From positions 14,874 through 78,873 of the forward strand of contig CAVTLI010000003.1 in the NCBI GenBank assembly GCA_963735585.1: DNA of 64,000 nucleotides, written 5' to 3'. A model generated the notes under the pieces. That model was given only the letters and a program-made list of their open reading frames with translations. It was not told where the DNA came from and did not search any database. Positions 49,953 to 60,198 of the stretch are shown in pieces. The stretch's first letter is position 1; every line of letters starts with the position of its first letter. The stretch is from an uncultured Gaiellaceae bacterium. Lineage in GTDB: Bacteria > Actinomycetota > Thermoleophilia > Gaiellales > Gaiellaceae. The translations under genes and the position numbers were made by a program.

Positions 49953-50987
49953 TCAGACCGCGGTCGCGTGCTCGGCGACGACCGCGGCCACCGCCTCCGC
50001 GGCGCGCGCCACCTCGTCGTCGCCGATCAGGCGGTGGGTGACGAAGCGGATGCGGCTCGTGTCGCGCTGCAGCGCAAGGACGCCTCGCTTCGCCAGGAGC
50101 GGCAGCAGCTCGTCGGGGGCGAGACCCGTCCCGCCCACGTCGACGAGCACGATGTTCGTCTCGATCGTGTCGGGCTCGAGGCGCAGGGCCGGGATCTCCG
50201 CGAGCAGCGCGCCGAGCTCGCGCGCGCGGCGGTGGTCGTCGACGAGCCGGTCGAGCAGCGTGTCGAGCGCGACGAGTGCCGCGGCGGCCGGAATCCCGGC
50301 CTTGTGCACCGACGCCCCGCCGAGCCGGCGCAGGTTCTCGCGTGCGCCGTCGATCGCGAGCGCGCTGCCGGCGAGGATCGTCCCCATCGGCGCGCAGAGC
50401 CCCTTGTTCAGGCTCAAGGCAACCGTGTCGACGGACGCCGCGAGCTGACGCAGGGTCACGTCGAGCGCCACGGCCGCGTTTGCCAGCCGCGCTCCGTCGA
50501 GGTGGACGCGCGCGCCGTTCCGGAGCGCCGCCCGCGCCAGCTCCGTCGTGAGCTCGGGCGTGAGCACGGTGCCGCCGGCCCGCGTGTGCGTGTTCTCCAG
50601 CACGAGCAGGGAGGCGTTCTCCTCGATGACGAGCTCCTCGACCTCCGCGGGGTCGAGCCGTCCGTCGGCCGCCCACAGGGAGCGCGGCTCGAGGCCCGCG
50701 ATGTCGCTGATCCCCATTGCCTCCGAGGTGAGGACGTGCGACTGCGACTCGAGCACCACCGCGGTGCCGCGCGGGGCGAGCGTGATCAGCGCGACGAGGT
50801 TCGCCATGCCGCAGGTCGGCACCCAGAGTCCCGCCTCCTGGCCGAGCAGCGACGCGACGCGCTCCTGCAGCAGGTTGACCGACGCGTCCTCCCCGTAGGT
50901 CGCCCAGCCCAGCTCTGCCCCGCGCATCGCCTCCCACATCTCCTCGGTCGGGAGCGCGTGGAGGTCGGAGCGCAGGTCGACGATCAT
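49953..50987 (-). CDS. threonine aldolase / beta-eliminating lyase family PLP enzyme
   Basis: ATG 50987 overlaps the upstream stop (ATGA). Tail of track ORF 49953..53462: IVDLRSD..., LENTHTRAGG, HLDGARL.NA, SLNKGLCAP (PLP lysine). Confidence 0.85.
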   Translation of the reverse strand: MIVDLRSDLHALPTEEMWEAMRGAELGWATYGEDASVNLLQERVASLLGQEAGLWVPTCGMANLVALITLAPRGTAVVLESQSHVLTSEAMGISDIAGLEPRSLWAADGRLDPAEVEELVIEENASLLVLENTHTRAGGTVLTPELTTELARAALRNGARVHLDGARLANAAVALDVTLRQLAASVDTVALSLNKGLCAPMGTILAGSALAIDGARENLRRLGGASVHKAGIPAAAALVALDTLLDRLVDDHRRARELGALLAEIPALRLEPDTIETNIVLVDVGGTGLAPDELLPLLAKRGVLALQRDTSRIRFVTHRLIGDDEVARAAEAVAAVVAEHATAV

Positions 50988-52588
50988 CGTCGCAGCAGGT
51001 GCCGTCCGGGCCGCGCGCCCGTGTGCTCGCCGCGCTCCACCACCGTCTCGCCGTTCACGAGCACGTGCTCGACGCCGCGCGCGTAGGCGAGCGGCTGCTC
51101 CGTCGTCGAGACGTCGTCGAGCTCGTCGAAGTCGAAGACGACGACGTCCGCCGTGTAGCCGGCCCGGAGCAGGCCTCTGTCCCAGAGCCCGAAGTGCGCC
51201 GCCGGCATGCTCGTCATCTTGCGGATCGCCTCCTCCAGCCGCAGCGTCCCCTGCTCGCGCACGTGGTGGGTGAGGTAGTGGACATGGCCGGCGTAGCCGA
51301 GCGGGTGGCGCATGAGCTTGCTCAGCGGTCCGTCCACGTCGACGGTGAACGTGTCGACCCCGAGGCAGAAGAGCGGATGCCCGATCATCTCCGCCAGGTG
51401 CTCGTCGGTGAAGAGCGTGCCGACCTGGAGGATGCTCTCGTAGGCCTCGCCGCTCTCGGCCAGGATGTCGAAGTAGCAGTCCCAGGGGTCCCGCCCGAGC
51501 CGCTTCGAGATCTCCTCGAAGTCGAGGCCGTCGAGCTCCGGGTGCTGCGCGCTCGCCTGCAGGCGCACGCGGCTCCACTCGCCCTTGTGGATGAAGCGCC
51601 AGTAGCGGTCGCACTCGGTCCGCAGCCGCTCCCGCGTGGCGGGGTCGCGCAACCGGGCGAGCGCCGCGTCGGTGCCGTCGGCGGCGACCCACGGCGGCAG
51701 GATCCCCGACATCTGGCCGAGGCCCTCGCGGAAGGGCGTCGTGTCGGCGAGCACGTCGAGGCCGCGCTCCCGCGCCTCGGCCATCTTCTCGACCGCCCGC
51801 TCCCAGCCGCGCTCCGGCGCGTTCGTGTTGTGGCGGACGTTCAGGTGCGAGATCTCGGCCTTCGTGCTCCCGGCCCAGGCGACCTCGAGGAACTCGTCGA
51901 TCGCGTCCAGCAGCCCCGAGTCGCGGTTGCGGACGTGGCTCGTGTAGATGCCGTCGTACTCGCCCGCGACGGCGTTCAGGCGCCGCAGCTCCTCCGTCGT
52001 CGCCTCGCGGCCGGGGTTGAACTCGAGCCCGGTCGACATCCCGAGCGCGCCCGCCTGCATCGCGTCGCGGACGAAGCCTTCCATCAGCGTCATCTGCTCG
52101 TCGGTCGGGCTCGACCCGCTGACGCCCGCCGCGAGCCGCACCGCGTTGTGCCCGACGAACCAGGCGAGGTTCTGCGAGTGGCCGACCTCCGAGATGAACT
52201 CGAGGTGCTCGCCGAAGCTCGTCCACGGGATCGTCGGCTTGTCGTAGCCGAAGGTGTGCAGCCGGCCGCGCATGTACGCCTCCGACGCGGGCGTGACGGG
52301 CGCGTAGCTCCAGCCGCAGTTGCCGACCACCTCGGTCGTGACGCCCTGCCGGATCGTGCTCTCGGCGGTCGGGTTGGCGAGGACGGAGAAGTCGCTGTGG
52401 CTGTGCGGGTCGACGAAGCCCGGACAGACGATCTTGCCGGCGGCGTCGATCACCCGCGTCGCCGTCGCGCCCGGCCCGAGGCGGCCCACGTCGGCGATCC
52501 GTCCGCCCTCGATCGCGACGTCGCCGAGGAAGGGCGGGCTGCCGGCTCCGTCGGCGACCCAACCGTTCCGGATGAGGACGTCCAGCAC
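50984..52588 (-). CDS. N-acyl-D-amino-acid deacylase (D-aminoacylase) family amidohydrolase
   Basis: Track ORF 534 aa. DVLIRNGWVADG...DVAIEGGRIADVG...VCPGFVDPHSHSD...VVFDF...TGARPGR. Confidence 0.9.
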   Translation of the reverse strand: MLDVLIRNGWVADGAGSPPFLGDVAIEGGRIADVGRLGPGATATRVIDAAGKIVCPGFVDPHSHSDFSVLANPTAESTIRQGVTTEVVGNCGWSYAPVTPASEAYMRGRLHTFGYDKPTIPWTSFGEHLEFISEVGHSQNLAWFVGHNAVRLAAGVSGSSPTDEQMTLMEGFVRDAMQAGALGMSTGLEFNPGREATTEELRRLNAVAGEYDGIYTSHVRNRDSGLLDAIDEFLEVAWAGSTKAEISHLNVRHNTNAPERGWERAVEKMAEARERGLDVLADTTPFREGLGQMSGILPPWVAADGTDAALARLRDPATRERLRTECDRYWRFIHKGEWSRVRLQASAQHPELDGLDFEEISKRLGRDPWDCYFDILAESGEAYESILQVGTLFTDEHLAEMIGHPLFCLGVDTFTVDVDGPLSKLMRHPLGYAGHVHYLTHHVREQGTLRLEEAIRKMTSMPAAHFGLWDRGLLRAGYTADVVVFDFDELDDVSTTEQPLAYARGVEHVLVNGETVVERGEHTGARPGRHLLRR

Positions 52589-52591
52589 GCG

Positions 52592-53527
52592 CTACTTCTT
52601 GGTGATCTCCCCGACGACCGGGCCGAGGCGCGGGTCGAGGATGTCGCGCAGACCGTCGCCGAGGAAGTTGAAGCCGAGCACGACGAGCATGATCGCCGCG
52701 CCGGGGAAGATCGAGAGCCACGGGTAGAGGTCGACGTACGCGCGGCCGGTGTTCAGCATCCCGCCCCACGACGCCTCCGGGGGCTGCGTCCCGAGGCCGA
52801 GGAAGCTGAGCGCCGCCTCGCTGAGGATCGCCGTTCCGAGATAGGTGGTGACCAGCACGATCAGCGGCGCGGCGATGTTCGGCATCAGGTGGCGGAGCAT
52901 GATCCGGAAGCCCGAGGCACCGAGCGCCCGGCCGGACTCGATGTACGGATAGCCCATCACCTCGAGCACGGCTCCGCGCACCACACGGGCGAACGCGGGC
53001 GTGATCACGATCCCGATCGCGATCATGGCGTTCGTGCGCGTCGGGCCGAGCAGCCCGGCGATCACGATCGCGAGCACGAGCGCCGGCAGCGCGAACATCA
53101 TGTCCACGAGCCGCATCAGCAACGCGTCCGAGATGCCTCGGTAATACCCCGCGACCAGGCCGATCACAACGCCCGCGACGAAGGCGATCCCCACCGAGAT
53201 CAGCCCCACCTGCAGCGAGACCTGCGCTCCGTGGATCACACGCGCGAGCGTGTCGCGACCGAGCTCGTCGGTGCCGAAGGGATGAGCCCAGCTGGGCGGG
53301 AGCAGCCGATCGGCCTCCTGCGCGTCGGGGTCGATCCGCCAGATGTAGGGCCCGAAGATCGCGACGAACACGTTGAAGCCGACGATGGCGGCGCCGACGA
53401 GACCGATCGGGTTGCGCCACTTGCCGAGGAAGGCCAGGCGGCCGCGCGGCACCTCCGACCACGCCGTCGGCGCGACCTCGCCCACGCCTTCCGCCGCCAA
53501 CACGGGCCTACGCCTGCCCCAGCTCAT
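52592..53527 (-). CDS. peptide/nickel-type ABC transporter permease (DppC-like)
   Basis: Track ORF 311 aa. PFGTDELGRD, YIESGRALGASGFRIMLRHLMPN. Confidence 0.9.
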   Translation of the reverse strand: MSWGRRRPVLAAEGVGEVAPTAWSEVPRGRLAFLGKWRNPIGLVGAAIVGFNVFVAIFGPYIWRIDPDAQEADRLLPPSWAHPFGTDELGRDTLARVIHGAQVSLQVGLISVGIAFVAGVVIGLVAGYYRGISDALLMRLVDMMFALPALVLAIVIAGLLGPTRTNAMIAIGIVITPAFARVVRGAVLEVMGYPYIESGRALGASGFRIMLRHLMPNIAAPLIVLVTTYLGTAILSEAALSFLGLGTQPPEASWGGMLNTGRAYVDLYPWLSIFPGAAIMLVVLGFNFLGDGLRDILDPRLGPVVGEITKK

Positions 53528-54474
53528 GCGTCCACGATCCTCGGGTCGAGGAAGCCGTAGATCACGTCGACGATCAGGTTGAAGGTGATGAAGATGACCG
53601 CGATCAACATCGTCGTCGACTGGATCAGCGGATAGTCGCGGCTGAAGATCGCCTGCAGGAGCAGGTTCCCGATCCCGGGCAGGCCGAAGATGATCTCGAC
53701 GATCGCGGCCCCGCTCATCAGCACGCCCACCTCGAAGCCGACGACGGTGACGACGGGGATGAGCGCGTTCCGCAGCGCGTGGCGATAGACGACCCGTCGG
53801 CGCGGCACGCCCTTCGCCCGGGCGGTGCGCACGTAGTCCAGCGAGAGCACCTCGAGCATCGTCGCGCGCACCATGCGCATCACGATCGCCATCGTGAAGA
53901 CGGAGATCGAGAGCGCGGGCAGGATGAACTGGCTCAGGTTCGCGCCGAGGTCGTCGAACGGCGAGACGTAGGTGAGCGGCGGCACCCAGCCGAAGACCCG
54001 CGAGGTGAAGAGGAGGAGGAGGGTCGCGAGCCAGAAGCTCGGGATGCTGACGCCGATCAGGCCGGCCACGCGCGCGAGGTAGTCGCTCGACCCGTCCCGC
54101 CGGACGGCGGAGATGACCCCGAGCGGGACGCCGACGACGACCGAGATGAGCAGCGAGAGGAAGACCAGCTCGAGCGTGATCGGCGCGGCGTCGCGCAGGA
54201 TCGACGAGACCGGCTCGGCGTTCCGCACCGAATCCCCGAGATCTCCCTGGGCGGCGTCCGAGGCCCAGCGCCAGTACTGCTCGGGGTACGAGCCGTCGAG
54301 GCCGAGCTGCTCGCGCGCCTGCTGGCGCACCTCGGGCGTCACCTGCGTGTCCGCGCCGAGCAGGACGTCGATCACGTCGCCCGGCAGCAGGCGGACCATC
54401 AGGAAGATCGCGATCGAGACGCCGATCAGCGTCGGGATGACGAGCAGTGTGCGCTTCGCGATGTATCCGAGCAA
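53524..54474 (-). CDS. peptide/nickel-type ABC transporter permease (DppB-like)
   Basis: Track ORF 316 aa. MLGYIAKRTLLVIPTLIGVSIAIF, DYVRTARAKGVPRRRVVYRHALRNA. Confidence 0.9.
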   Translation of the reverse strand: MLGYIAKRTLLVIPTLIGVSIAIFLMVRLLPGDVIDVLLGADTQVTPEVRQQAREQLGLDGSYPEQYWRWASDAAQGDLGDSVRNAEPVSSILRDAAPITLELVFLSLLISVVVGVPLGVISAVRRDGSSDYLARVAGLIGVSIPSFWLATLLLLFTSRVFGWVPPLTYVSPFDDLGANLSQFILPALSISVFTMAIVMRMVRATMLEVLSLDYVRTARAKGVPRRRVVYRHALRNALIPVVTVVGFEVGVLMSGAAIVEIIFGLPGIGNLLLQAIFSRDYPLIQSTTMLIAVIFITFNLIVDVIYGFLDPRIVDA

Positions 54475-54560
54475 CGGTCTCTCGTCCCCCTCTCAGGCGT
54501 GCGGCCGGAGGGGAGGAGCGCCGTCGTGCGCGCCCCTCCCCCGTGACCTCGTCTCGTTCC

Positions 54561-56183
54561 TCAGCGCTTGATGTACACGGACGTGTGCAGCCCCGTGTTG
54601 AAGTCGCTGAACGCCACGTACATGTTCGCCACCCGCGGGCGCACGACCTGGAACTTCGACACCGCGACGAGCGGCACCTGGACCAGGTCGTTCATCAGCA
54701 GGCGCTGTGCCTCCTTGTACATCGGGATGCGCTTCTTCTGGTCGAGCTGGATCCGGCCGTTGCCGACGAGGCGCCACACGCGCTGGTTCTTGTACAGCGG
54801 GTACCACGCCTGGTAGGCGGTCGAGCTCGGATTGAACTCGGCCATGTAGCCGTCGACGTCGCCGCGCATGCCGCGCGCGGTGAGATCCCAGTCGAACGTG
54901 CCGCGGCCGTTGTTGGTCGCGAACGTCCCCGGCTCCTGCGCGACGATGTTCACGTCGATGTTGATCTTGTCGAGCTGGGCCTTGATCACCGCCGCCACCG
55001 ACGCGAAGTCGAGCGGCGTCGAGAAGGTCGTCATCGTGACCGAGAAGCCGTTCGCGAGCCCGGCCTGGCGCATCAGCGCCCGTGCCTTCGCCAGGTCGTG
55101 CTTCTCGTACTTGTCACGCAGCTCCGAGCGGGTGAGCGGCCACGGGCCGTAGCCCGGAGGGACGTGCCCGCTGTACTCGCCGAAGCCGCTGTAGACCTTG
55201 TTGATGATCTCCTGGCGGTTGATCGCGAAGTTGACGGCCTGCCGCACGCGGATGTCGTGCCACGGCTTGCGGTCGCCGGGCTTGATCGTCATCTGCAGCT
55301 CGCGGAACGCCGCCGTCAGGCCACGCAGGACCTTCAGGCTGCGGTTCTGGCCGAGCGCCTTCGCACTGTCGGCCGAGAACGTGCCGCCGTCGATCGCACC
55401 GGCCCGCAGCGCCGCCACCCGGGCCTGCTCGTCGGCGAGGATCTTGAACGACAGCGAGTCGAGGTAGGGCAGGCCCTTCTTCCAGTAGTTCTGGTAGCGG
55501 GCGAACTCGACGTGGCTGTTGGGCTGGTACTCGAGCAGCCGGAACGGCCCCGTGCCGATCCCCTCGCGGCCGGCGTTGACCTGGCCGTACATGCCCTCGG
55601 GCACCATCGCCGAGTAGCGGTTCCAGGCCAGGTAGCCGAACACCCGCGCGTCCGGGTTCTTCAGCTTCATCCGCAGGACGTACTTGCTGCGCACCTCGGT
55701 GCCCGCGATCGCCGGCACCTGGCCCAGCACGGCGACGCTGCCCGGCGCCGGTGGATTCAGCTGCAGGTCGAACGAGTACTTGGCGTCCGCCGCCGTGAAC
55801 TCCTTGCCGTTGTGGAACTTCACCCCACGCCGCAGCGTGAAGTCGATCGTGCGGGCGTCGACGACCTTCCAGGCCGTCGCGAGCGCCGGCCGCTCGTTCA
55901 GCTTCGCGTCCCACTCGATCAACGACTCGTACATGGGCGCCTTGCCCCAGTGGTTCGCGGTCAGGATGCCGCCGAACGGCGCGATGTGGGCAGGATCCTG
56001 CTCGAGCGCCCACGTCACCTTGCCACCGCGCGGCGGAGCCGCCTTCCTGCGCTTCGGCGCCGCCTTCGCCGCACCCGCAAGCGAGCCGGCTGCGACTGCG
56101 CCGGCCCCGATCTGGCCTGCCTTGACCAGCAGGTCGCGACGGTTGAGGTCGCTGCCGGCCGGGCTATCTGGACTATCTGACAT
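54561..56183 (-). CDS. family-5 (peptide/opine/nickel) ABC substrate-binding protein with twin-arginine-type signal
   Basis: Track ORF 540 aa. NRRDLLVKAGQIGAGAVAAGSLAGAAKA signal. FTLRRGVKFHNGKEFTA. Confidence 0.9.
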   Translation of the reverse strand: MSDSPDSPAGSDLNRRDLLVKAGQIGAGAVAAGSLAGAAKAAPKRRKAAPPRGGKVTWALEQDPAHIAPFGGILTANHWGKAPMYESLIEWDAKLNERPALATAWKVVDARTIDFTLRRGVKFHNGKEFTAADAKYSFDLQLNPPAPGSVAVLGQVPAIAGTEVRSKYVLRMKLKNPDARVFGYLAWNRYSAMVPEGMYGQVNAGREGIGTGPFRLLEYQPNSHVEFARYQNYWKKGLPYLDSLSFKILADEQARVAALRAGAIDGGTFSADSAKALGQNRSLKVLRGLTAAFRELQMTIKPGDRKPWHDIRVRQAVNFAINRQEIINKVYSGFGEYSGHVPPGYGPWPLTRSELRDKYEKHDLAKARALMRQAGLANGFSVTMTTFSTPLDFASVAAVIKAQLDKINIDVNIVAQEPGTFATNNGRGTFDWDLTARGMRGDVDGYMAEFNPSSTAYQAWYPLYKNQRVWRLVGNGRIQLDQKKRIPMYKEAQRLLMNDLVQVPLVAVSKFQVVRPRVANMYVAFSDFNTGLHTSVYIKR

Positions 56184-56218
56184 CGTCCTGCCCCTCCTCT
56201 TCCTCTTCCTCGGGATCG

Positions 56219-57376
56219 TCAGAGGATCTGACCGACCCGTGGTGCCTCTCCGTGAATGTCGTCGTAAAAGACGGATTCACGGACGTCAAAGTTGGCGAGC
56301 CGTCCGACCTGAGTCGGGTCGAGCGCCACGCCGAGACCCGGCGTGCGCGGCACCTCGACGAGCCCGTCGCTCATCTCGAGGCGCTCGTCGAGGACGTCGA
56401 ACTCCTGCAGCGGATAGTGCGTGTCGCTCGCGAACGGGAAGTTGGACGACGACGCGACGACGTGCAGGTTGGCGGCCGTCGCGACGCCGAGCTCGGCCCA
56501 GCTGCCGATCGCGCACCACTTCCCGGCCGCGTCGGCGAGCGCACCGATCTGTCGCGCCTTCGTCAGCCCGCCGGCCTCCGACGGGTAGACGACGAGCACG
56601 TCGCAGGCGTCCGCCTTCAGCAGCGCGAGGGCCGAGCGCACGTCCGTGCACGCCTCGTCGGCGGCGATCGGGACGGACACGGAACGGCGCACCTGGGCGA
56701 GGCCCTCGACGTCGAAGTCGAGCACGGGCTGCTCGACGTACTGCAGGTCGAACTGCTCCAGCCCGCGGATCCACTTGATCGCGGCGGGAACGCTCCAGAT
56801 CATGTTCGCGTCGATCCGGATCTTCACGTCGGAGCCGACGCGGTCGCGGATCGCAGCGAGCGTGTCGTGATCCTGTTCGAAGCTCCGGCCGACCTTCAGC
56901 TTCAGCTCCGTGTAGCCGGCGTCGACGAAGGCCCCGGCCTTGCGCGCCGCAGCCTCCGGCTCGTCGATGAAGAGGTAGCCGACGACGGCCACGCGGTCGC
57001 GGCAGAAGCCGCCGAGGAGCTCGGTCACCGAGACGCCGAGCGCCTTCCCTTTCAGGTCGAGGAGCGCGATCTCGATCCCGGAGATGGCGTAGTTCGCAAT
57101 GCTGCTCCAGTTGCGAGCGAACTCCTCCATCCGGTGCACGAGCCACTCGACGCGCAGCGGATCCTGGCCGACGAGGAACTGCGTCAGCTCCTGGTCGATG
57201 ATCGTCCGGATCGTCGGCAGCGTCGGCCCGGGCGCCTCGCCGATCCCGACGATACCCTCGTCGGTGTGGATCTGGACGAGCAGTCCGGAGGCCGATTCGC
57301 GGGTGCCGCCTGGCCACACCAGCGGCTCACGCATCGGCGTACGGACCGCAATCGTCTCGATCTTGGTGATCCTCAC
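56219..57376 (-). CDS. enolase-superfamily enzyme, muconate-lactonizing/racemase-like subgroup (KxK motif)
   Basis: GTG 57376 within track ORF 56219..57415. VRITKIETIAV, ISGIEIALLDLKGK, ELKLKVG, RIDAN, YVEQP, IAADE. Confidence 0.85.
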   Translation of the reverse strand: MRITKIETIAVRTPMREPLVWPGGTRESASGLLVQIHTDEGIVGIGEAPGPTLPTIRTIIDQELTQFLVGQDPLRVEWLVHRMEEFARNWSSIANYAISGIEIALLDLKGKALGVSVTELLGGFCRDRVAVVGYLFIDEPEAAARKAGAFVDAGYTELKLKVGRSFEQDHDTLAAIRDRVGSDVKIRIDANMIWSVPAAIKWIRGLEQFDLQYVEQPVLDFDVEGLAQVRRSVSVPIAADEACTDVRSALALLKADACDVLVVYPSEAGGLTKARQIGALADAAGKWCAIGSWAELGVATAANLHVVASSSNFPFASDTHYPLQEFDVLDERLEMSDGLVEVPRTPGLGVALDPTQVGRLANFDVRESVFYDDIHGEAPRVGQIL

Positions 57377-57407
57377 CAGGATGGTTACACTAGGCCCGTG
57401 AATTGGG

Positions 57408-57437
57408 ATTGTCAACCATTTTCAGATTGTTTACATG
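57408..57437. promoter_or_regulatory. two TTGT-N2-AC elements (ATTGTCAACCAT at 57408-57419, ATTGTTTACATG at 57426-57437), candidate GntR operator(s)
   Basis: Read directly in the 58-nt divergent intergenic region. The second element overlaps the GntR ATG (57435). Confidence 0.4.
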
Positions 57438-58145
57438 ACGGTTGATCCAGGGCCATTGGTGCCGGTCACGCCCGCTCCGGGCACACTCGGCAACGACGCC
57501 AAGAAGGGGCTCCCGCGGGCGCAGCAGATCGCGGAGACGCTGCGCTCCTCGATCATCGCCGGGCGCTACGAACCGGGCGAGCGGCTGATCGAGACGACGC
57601 TCTCGTCCGAGCTCGGCACGAGCCGCGGACCGGTGCGCGAAGCGCTCCGCCAGCTCGAGAACGAGGGCCTCGTGATGTCGCTGCCCTACCGCGGCGCGGT
57701 CGTCCTCGGCGTCTCCGACGACGAGGTCCAGGGCGTGCTGATCCCGATTCGCTTGACCCTCGAGCGCTACAGCTTCACGCGGGCGCTCGAGCGGCTCACC
57801 GACGACGACTTCGCGGAGCTCGGCAAGCAGATCTGGCTGATGGAGGAGGCGGGGAAGGCGGACGACCTGACCAAGCTGGTCGAGGCCGACCTCTGCTTCC
57901 ACGAGATCGTGATCACGGCCTCCGGCCAGCTGCACACCGTGCAGATCTGGCGCACGATCGCACCGCGGATCCGCGGCTACTTCTACCGCTACGAGCGCTC
58001 CCGCAGCTTCGAGGAGACCGTGGAGGAGCATCGGCTCCTGCTGGCCGCGCTGCAGACCCGCGACCCTGCGATCGCGCTGGCGCAGCTCGAGCGCCACATC
58101 GACGTTCCCGCTCCACCCGTCGGCGCGAAGGCGGGCCGGTCATGA
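57435..58145 (+). CDS. GntR-family transcriptional regulator with FCD (FadR C-terminal) domain
   Basis: Track ORF 236 aa. [49 protein letters not shown], and C-terminal FHEIV...[10 protein letters not shown]. Confidence 0.9.
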   Translation: MTVDPGPLVPVTPAPGTLGNDAKKGLPRAQQIAETLRSSIIAGRYEPGERLIETTLSSELGTSRGPVREALRQLENEGLVMSLPYRGAVVLGVSDDEVQGVLIPIRLTLERYSFTRALERLTDDDFAELGKQIWLMEEAGKADDLTKLVEADLCFHEIVITASGQLHTVQIWRTIAPRIRGYFYRYERSRSFEETVEEHRLLLAALQTRDPAIALAQLERHIDVPAPPVGAKAGRS

Positions 58146-59146
58146 AGGAGCTACTGCGGATCGAGAACCTGCGCACGTACTTCGGCACCAGCAAGGGCAC
58201 CCTGCGCGCGGTCGACGGCGTCGACCTGGAGATCGCGCAGGGCGGCACGCTGGGCGTCGTCGGCGAGTCCGGCAGCGGCAAGTCGGTCACGGCGCTCTCC
58301 GTGATGCGGCTCGTCGAGGTGCCCGGCCGGATCGAGCCCGGCTCGAAGATCCTCTTCGAGGGCCGCGACCTCGCGACGCTCGGGGAGCGCGAGCTCGGGA
58401 AGATCCGCGGCAACGAGATCGCGATGATCTTCCAGGAGCCGATGACCTCGCTGAACCCGGTCTTCACCGTCGGCAACCAGATCTCGGAGGCGGTGCGGCT
58501 GCACCAGGGGCTCGGCAAGAAGGACGCCATGGCCCGGGCAGTCGAGCTGATGCAGCTCGTCGGCATCCCCTCCGCCGAGCGCCGGGTGAACGACTACCCG
58601 CACCAGATGTCCGGCGGCATGCGGCAGCGCGTGATGATCGCGATGGCGCTCAGCTCCGACCCGAAGCTGCTGATCGCGGACGAGCCGACGACCGCGCTCG
58701 ACGTGACCGTGCAGGCGCAGATCCTCGAGCTGATGAAGGAGCTGCGCGAGCGGCTCGGCATGGCGATCATGCTGATCACCCACGACCTCGGTGTCGTCGC
58801 GGAGATGGTGGACGAGGTCGCCGTCATGTACGCCGGCCGCGTCGTCGAGCGCGGGCCGGTGGCGGAGATCTTCTCGAGCCCGCAGCACCCCTACACCGAG
58901 GCGCTGCTCGAGTCGATCCCGCTGCTCGGGATGCGCTACACCGACAAGCTGAAGGCGATTCGCGGCACGGTGCCGAACCCGCTCGAGTGGCCGGCCGGCT
59001 GCCGCTTCGCGCCGCGCTGCGACTACGCCTTCGAGAAGTGCATCGCGAACGACCCGCCGCTCCTGCCGGTGCCGCCGCAGGAGTCGGCGTGCTGGCTCTG
59101 CGAGCACGGGCGCCGCGAGCCGCGCGTCCGCCAGGTGGTCGCATGA
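58142..59146 (+). CDS. peptide ABC transporter ATP-binding protein (DppD/OppD-like)
   Basis: ATG overlaps the GntR stop. [28 protein letters not shown], and C-terminal CRFAPRC. Confidence 0.9.
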   Translation: MKELLRIENLRTYFGTSKGTLRAVDGVDLEIAQGGTLGVVGESGSGKSVTALSVMRLVEVPGRIEPGSKILFEGRDLATLGERELGKIRGNEIAMIFQEPMTSLNPVFTVGNQISEAVRLHQGLGKKDAMARAVELMQLVGIPSAERRVNDYPHQMSGGMRQRVMIAMALSSDPKLLIADEPTTALDVTVQAQILELMKELRERLGMAIMLITHDLGVVAEMVDEVAVMYAGRVVERGPVAEIFSSPQHPYTEALLESIPLLGMRYTDKLKAIRGTVPNPLEWPAGCRFAPRCDYAFEKCIANDPPLLPVPPQESACWLCEHGRREPRVRQVVA

Positions 59147-60198
59147 GTACCGGTCAGCAGCACGAGACGGAGCTGGTTCCGGACTACACGCCGGCGGACG
59201 CCCTGCTCAAGGCGCGCGCGGTGAAGAAGCACTTCCCCGTGCAGAAGGGCTTTCTCAAGCGCACCGTCGGGCAGCTGCAGGCGGTCGACGGCGTCGACCT
59301 CGACGTCTTCCGCGGCGAGACCGTGGGGCTCGTGGGCGAGTCGGGCTGCGGCAAGTCGACGCTCGGCCGCACGCTGCTGCGCCTGCTCGAGCCCACGTCG
59401 GGCGAGATCGAGTTCGACGGCGTCGACCTGCGCGCCCTCGGCAGCCGCGACCTGAAGACGATGCGGCGCCACATGCAGATCGTCTTCCAGGACTCGGTCG
59501 GCTCGCTCGACCCGCGCATGAAGGTGCGCGATCTCGTGGGCGAAGGCCTGCGCATCCACGGCCTGCACAAGAAGGATCGCGACGACGTCGTGCTGGGCGT
59601 GCTCGAGCGGGTCGGCCTCAGCAAGGAGGCGGCCGACCGCTACCCGCACATGTTCAGCGGCGGCCAGCGCCAGCGCATCGGGCTGGCGCGCGCGCTCGTG
59701 CTGCAGCCGAAGTTCATCGTCGCCGACGAGCCCGTCTCGGCCCTCGACGTCTCGATTCAGTCGCAGGTGCTGAACCTGCTCGTGGAGCTGAAGCACGAGT
59801 TCGAGCTCACCTATCTCTTCGTCGCCCACGACCTCGCCGTCGTCGGCTACATCTCCGACCGGATCGCCGTGATGTACCTCGGCAAGATCGTCGAGCTGGC
59901 CTCGTCGGAGGATCTCTTCCGCCGGCCGCTGCACCCGTACACGATGGCGCTCCTCTCGGCGAACCCGGAGCCGATCCCCGGACGAAAGCATCGCCGCGTC
60001 GTTTTGACCGGCGACGTGCCGAGCCCGATCAACCCGCCTTCGGGCTGCCGGTTCCGCACCCGCTGCCCGATCGCGCAGCCGATCTGCGCCGAGGTGGAGC
60101 CGCTGCTCGTGCCGCACGACGACGGCCCCGACCACGGCGCCGCCTGCCACTTCGCCGGGCAGCCGCTGCCGGACACGCAGCCGTCCCTCGCCGTGTGA
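59143..60198 (+). CDS. peptide ABC transporter ATP-binding protein (DppF/OppF-like)
   Basis: ATG 59143 (ATGA overlap) within track ORF 58987..60198. [38 protein letters not shown]. Confidence 0.9.
   Translation: MSTGQQHETELVPDYTPADALLKARAVKKHFPVQKGFLKRTVGQLQAVDGVDLDVFRGETVGLVGESGCGKSTLGRTLLRLLEPTSGEIEFDGVDLRALGSRDLKTMRRHMQIVFQDSVGSLDPRMKVRDLVGEGLRIHGLHKKDRDDVVLGVLERVGLSKEAADRYPHMFSGGQRQRIGLARALVLQPKFIVADEPVSALDVSIQSQVLNLLVELKHEFELTYLFVAHDLAVVGYISDRIAVMYLGKIVELASSEDLFRRPLHPYTMALLSANPEPIPGRKHRRVVLTGDVPSPINPPSGCRFRTRCPIAQPICAEVEPLLVPHDDGPDHGAACHFAGQPLPDTQPSLAV

Noticed and set aside
49953-53462. Very long track ORFs (for example 1169 aa at 49953..53462, 824 aa at 24668..27142, 1015 aa at 60314..63361, 741 aa at 31474..33699) and many Arg/Ala/Pro/Gly-rich ORFs on both strands
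   Set aside because: These are typical stop-poor off-frame or antisense artefacts of ~70% GC DNA. Only their terminal, compositionally normal segments correspond to real genes, and those were re-delimited with internal starts.
54507-54539. Hairpin (GGAGGGG...CCCCTCC) between the binding-protein gene and the first permease gene
   Set aside because: It is probably the common intra-operon stem-loop that stabilises the SBP message in ABC operons. It is a 7-bp stem with a long loop, which is not distinctive enough to list as a feature.
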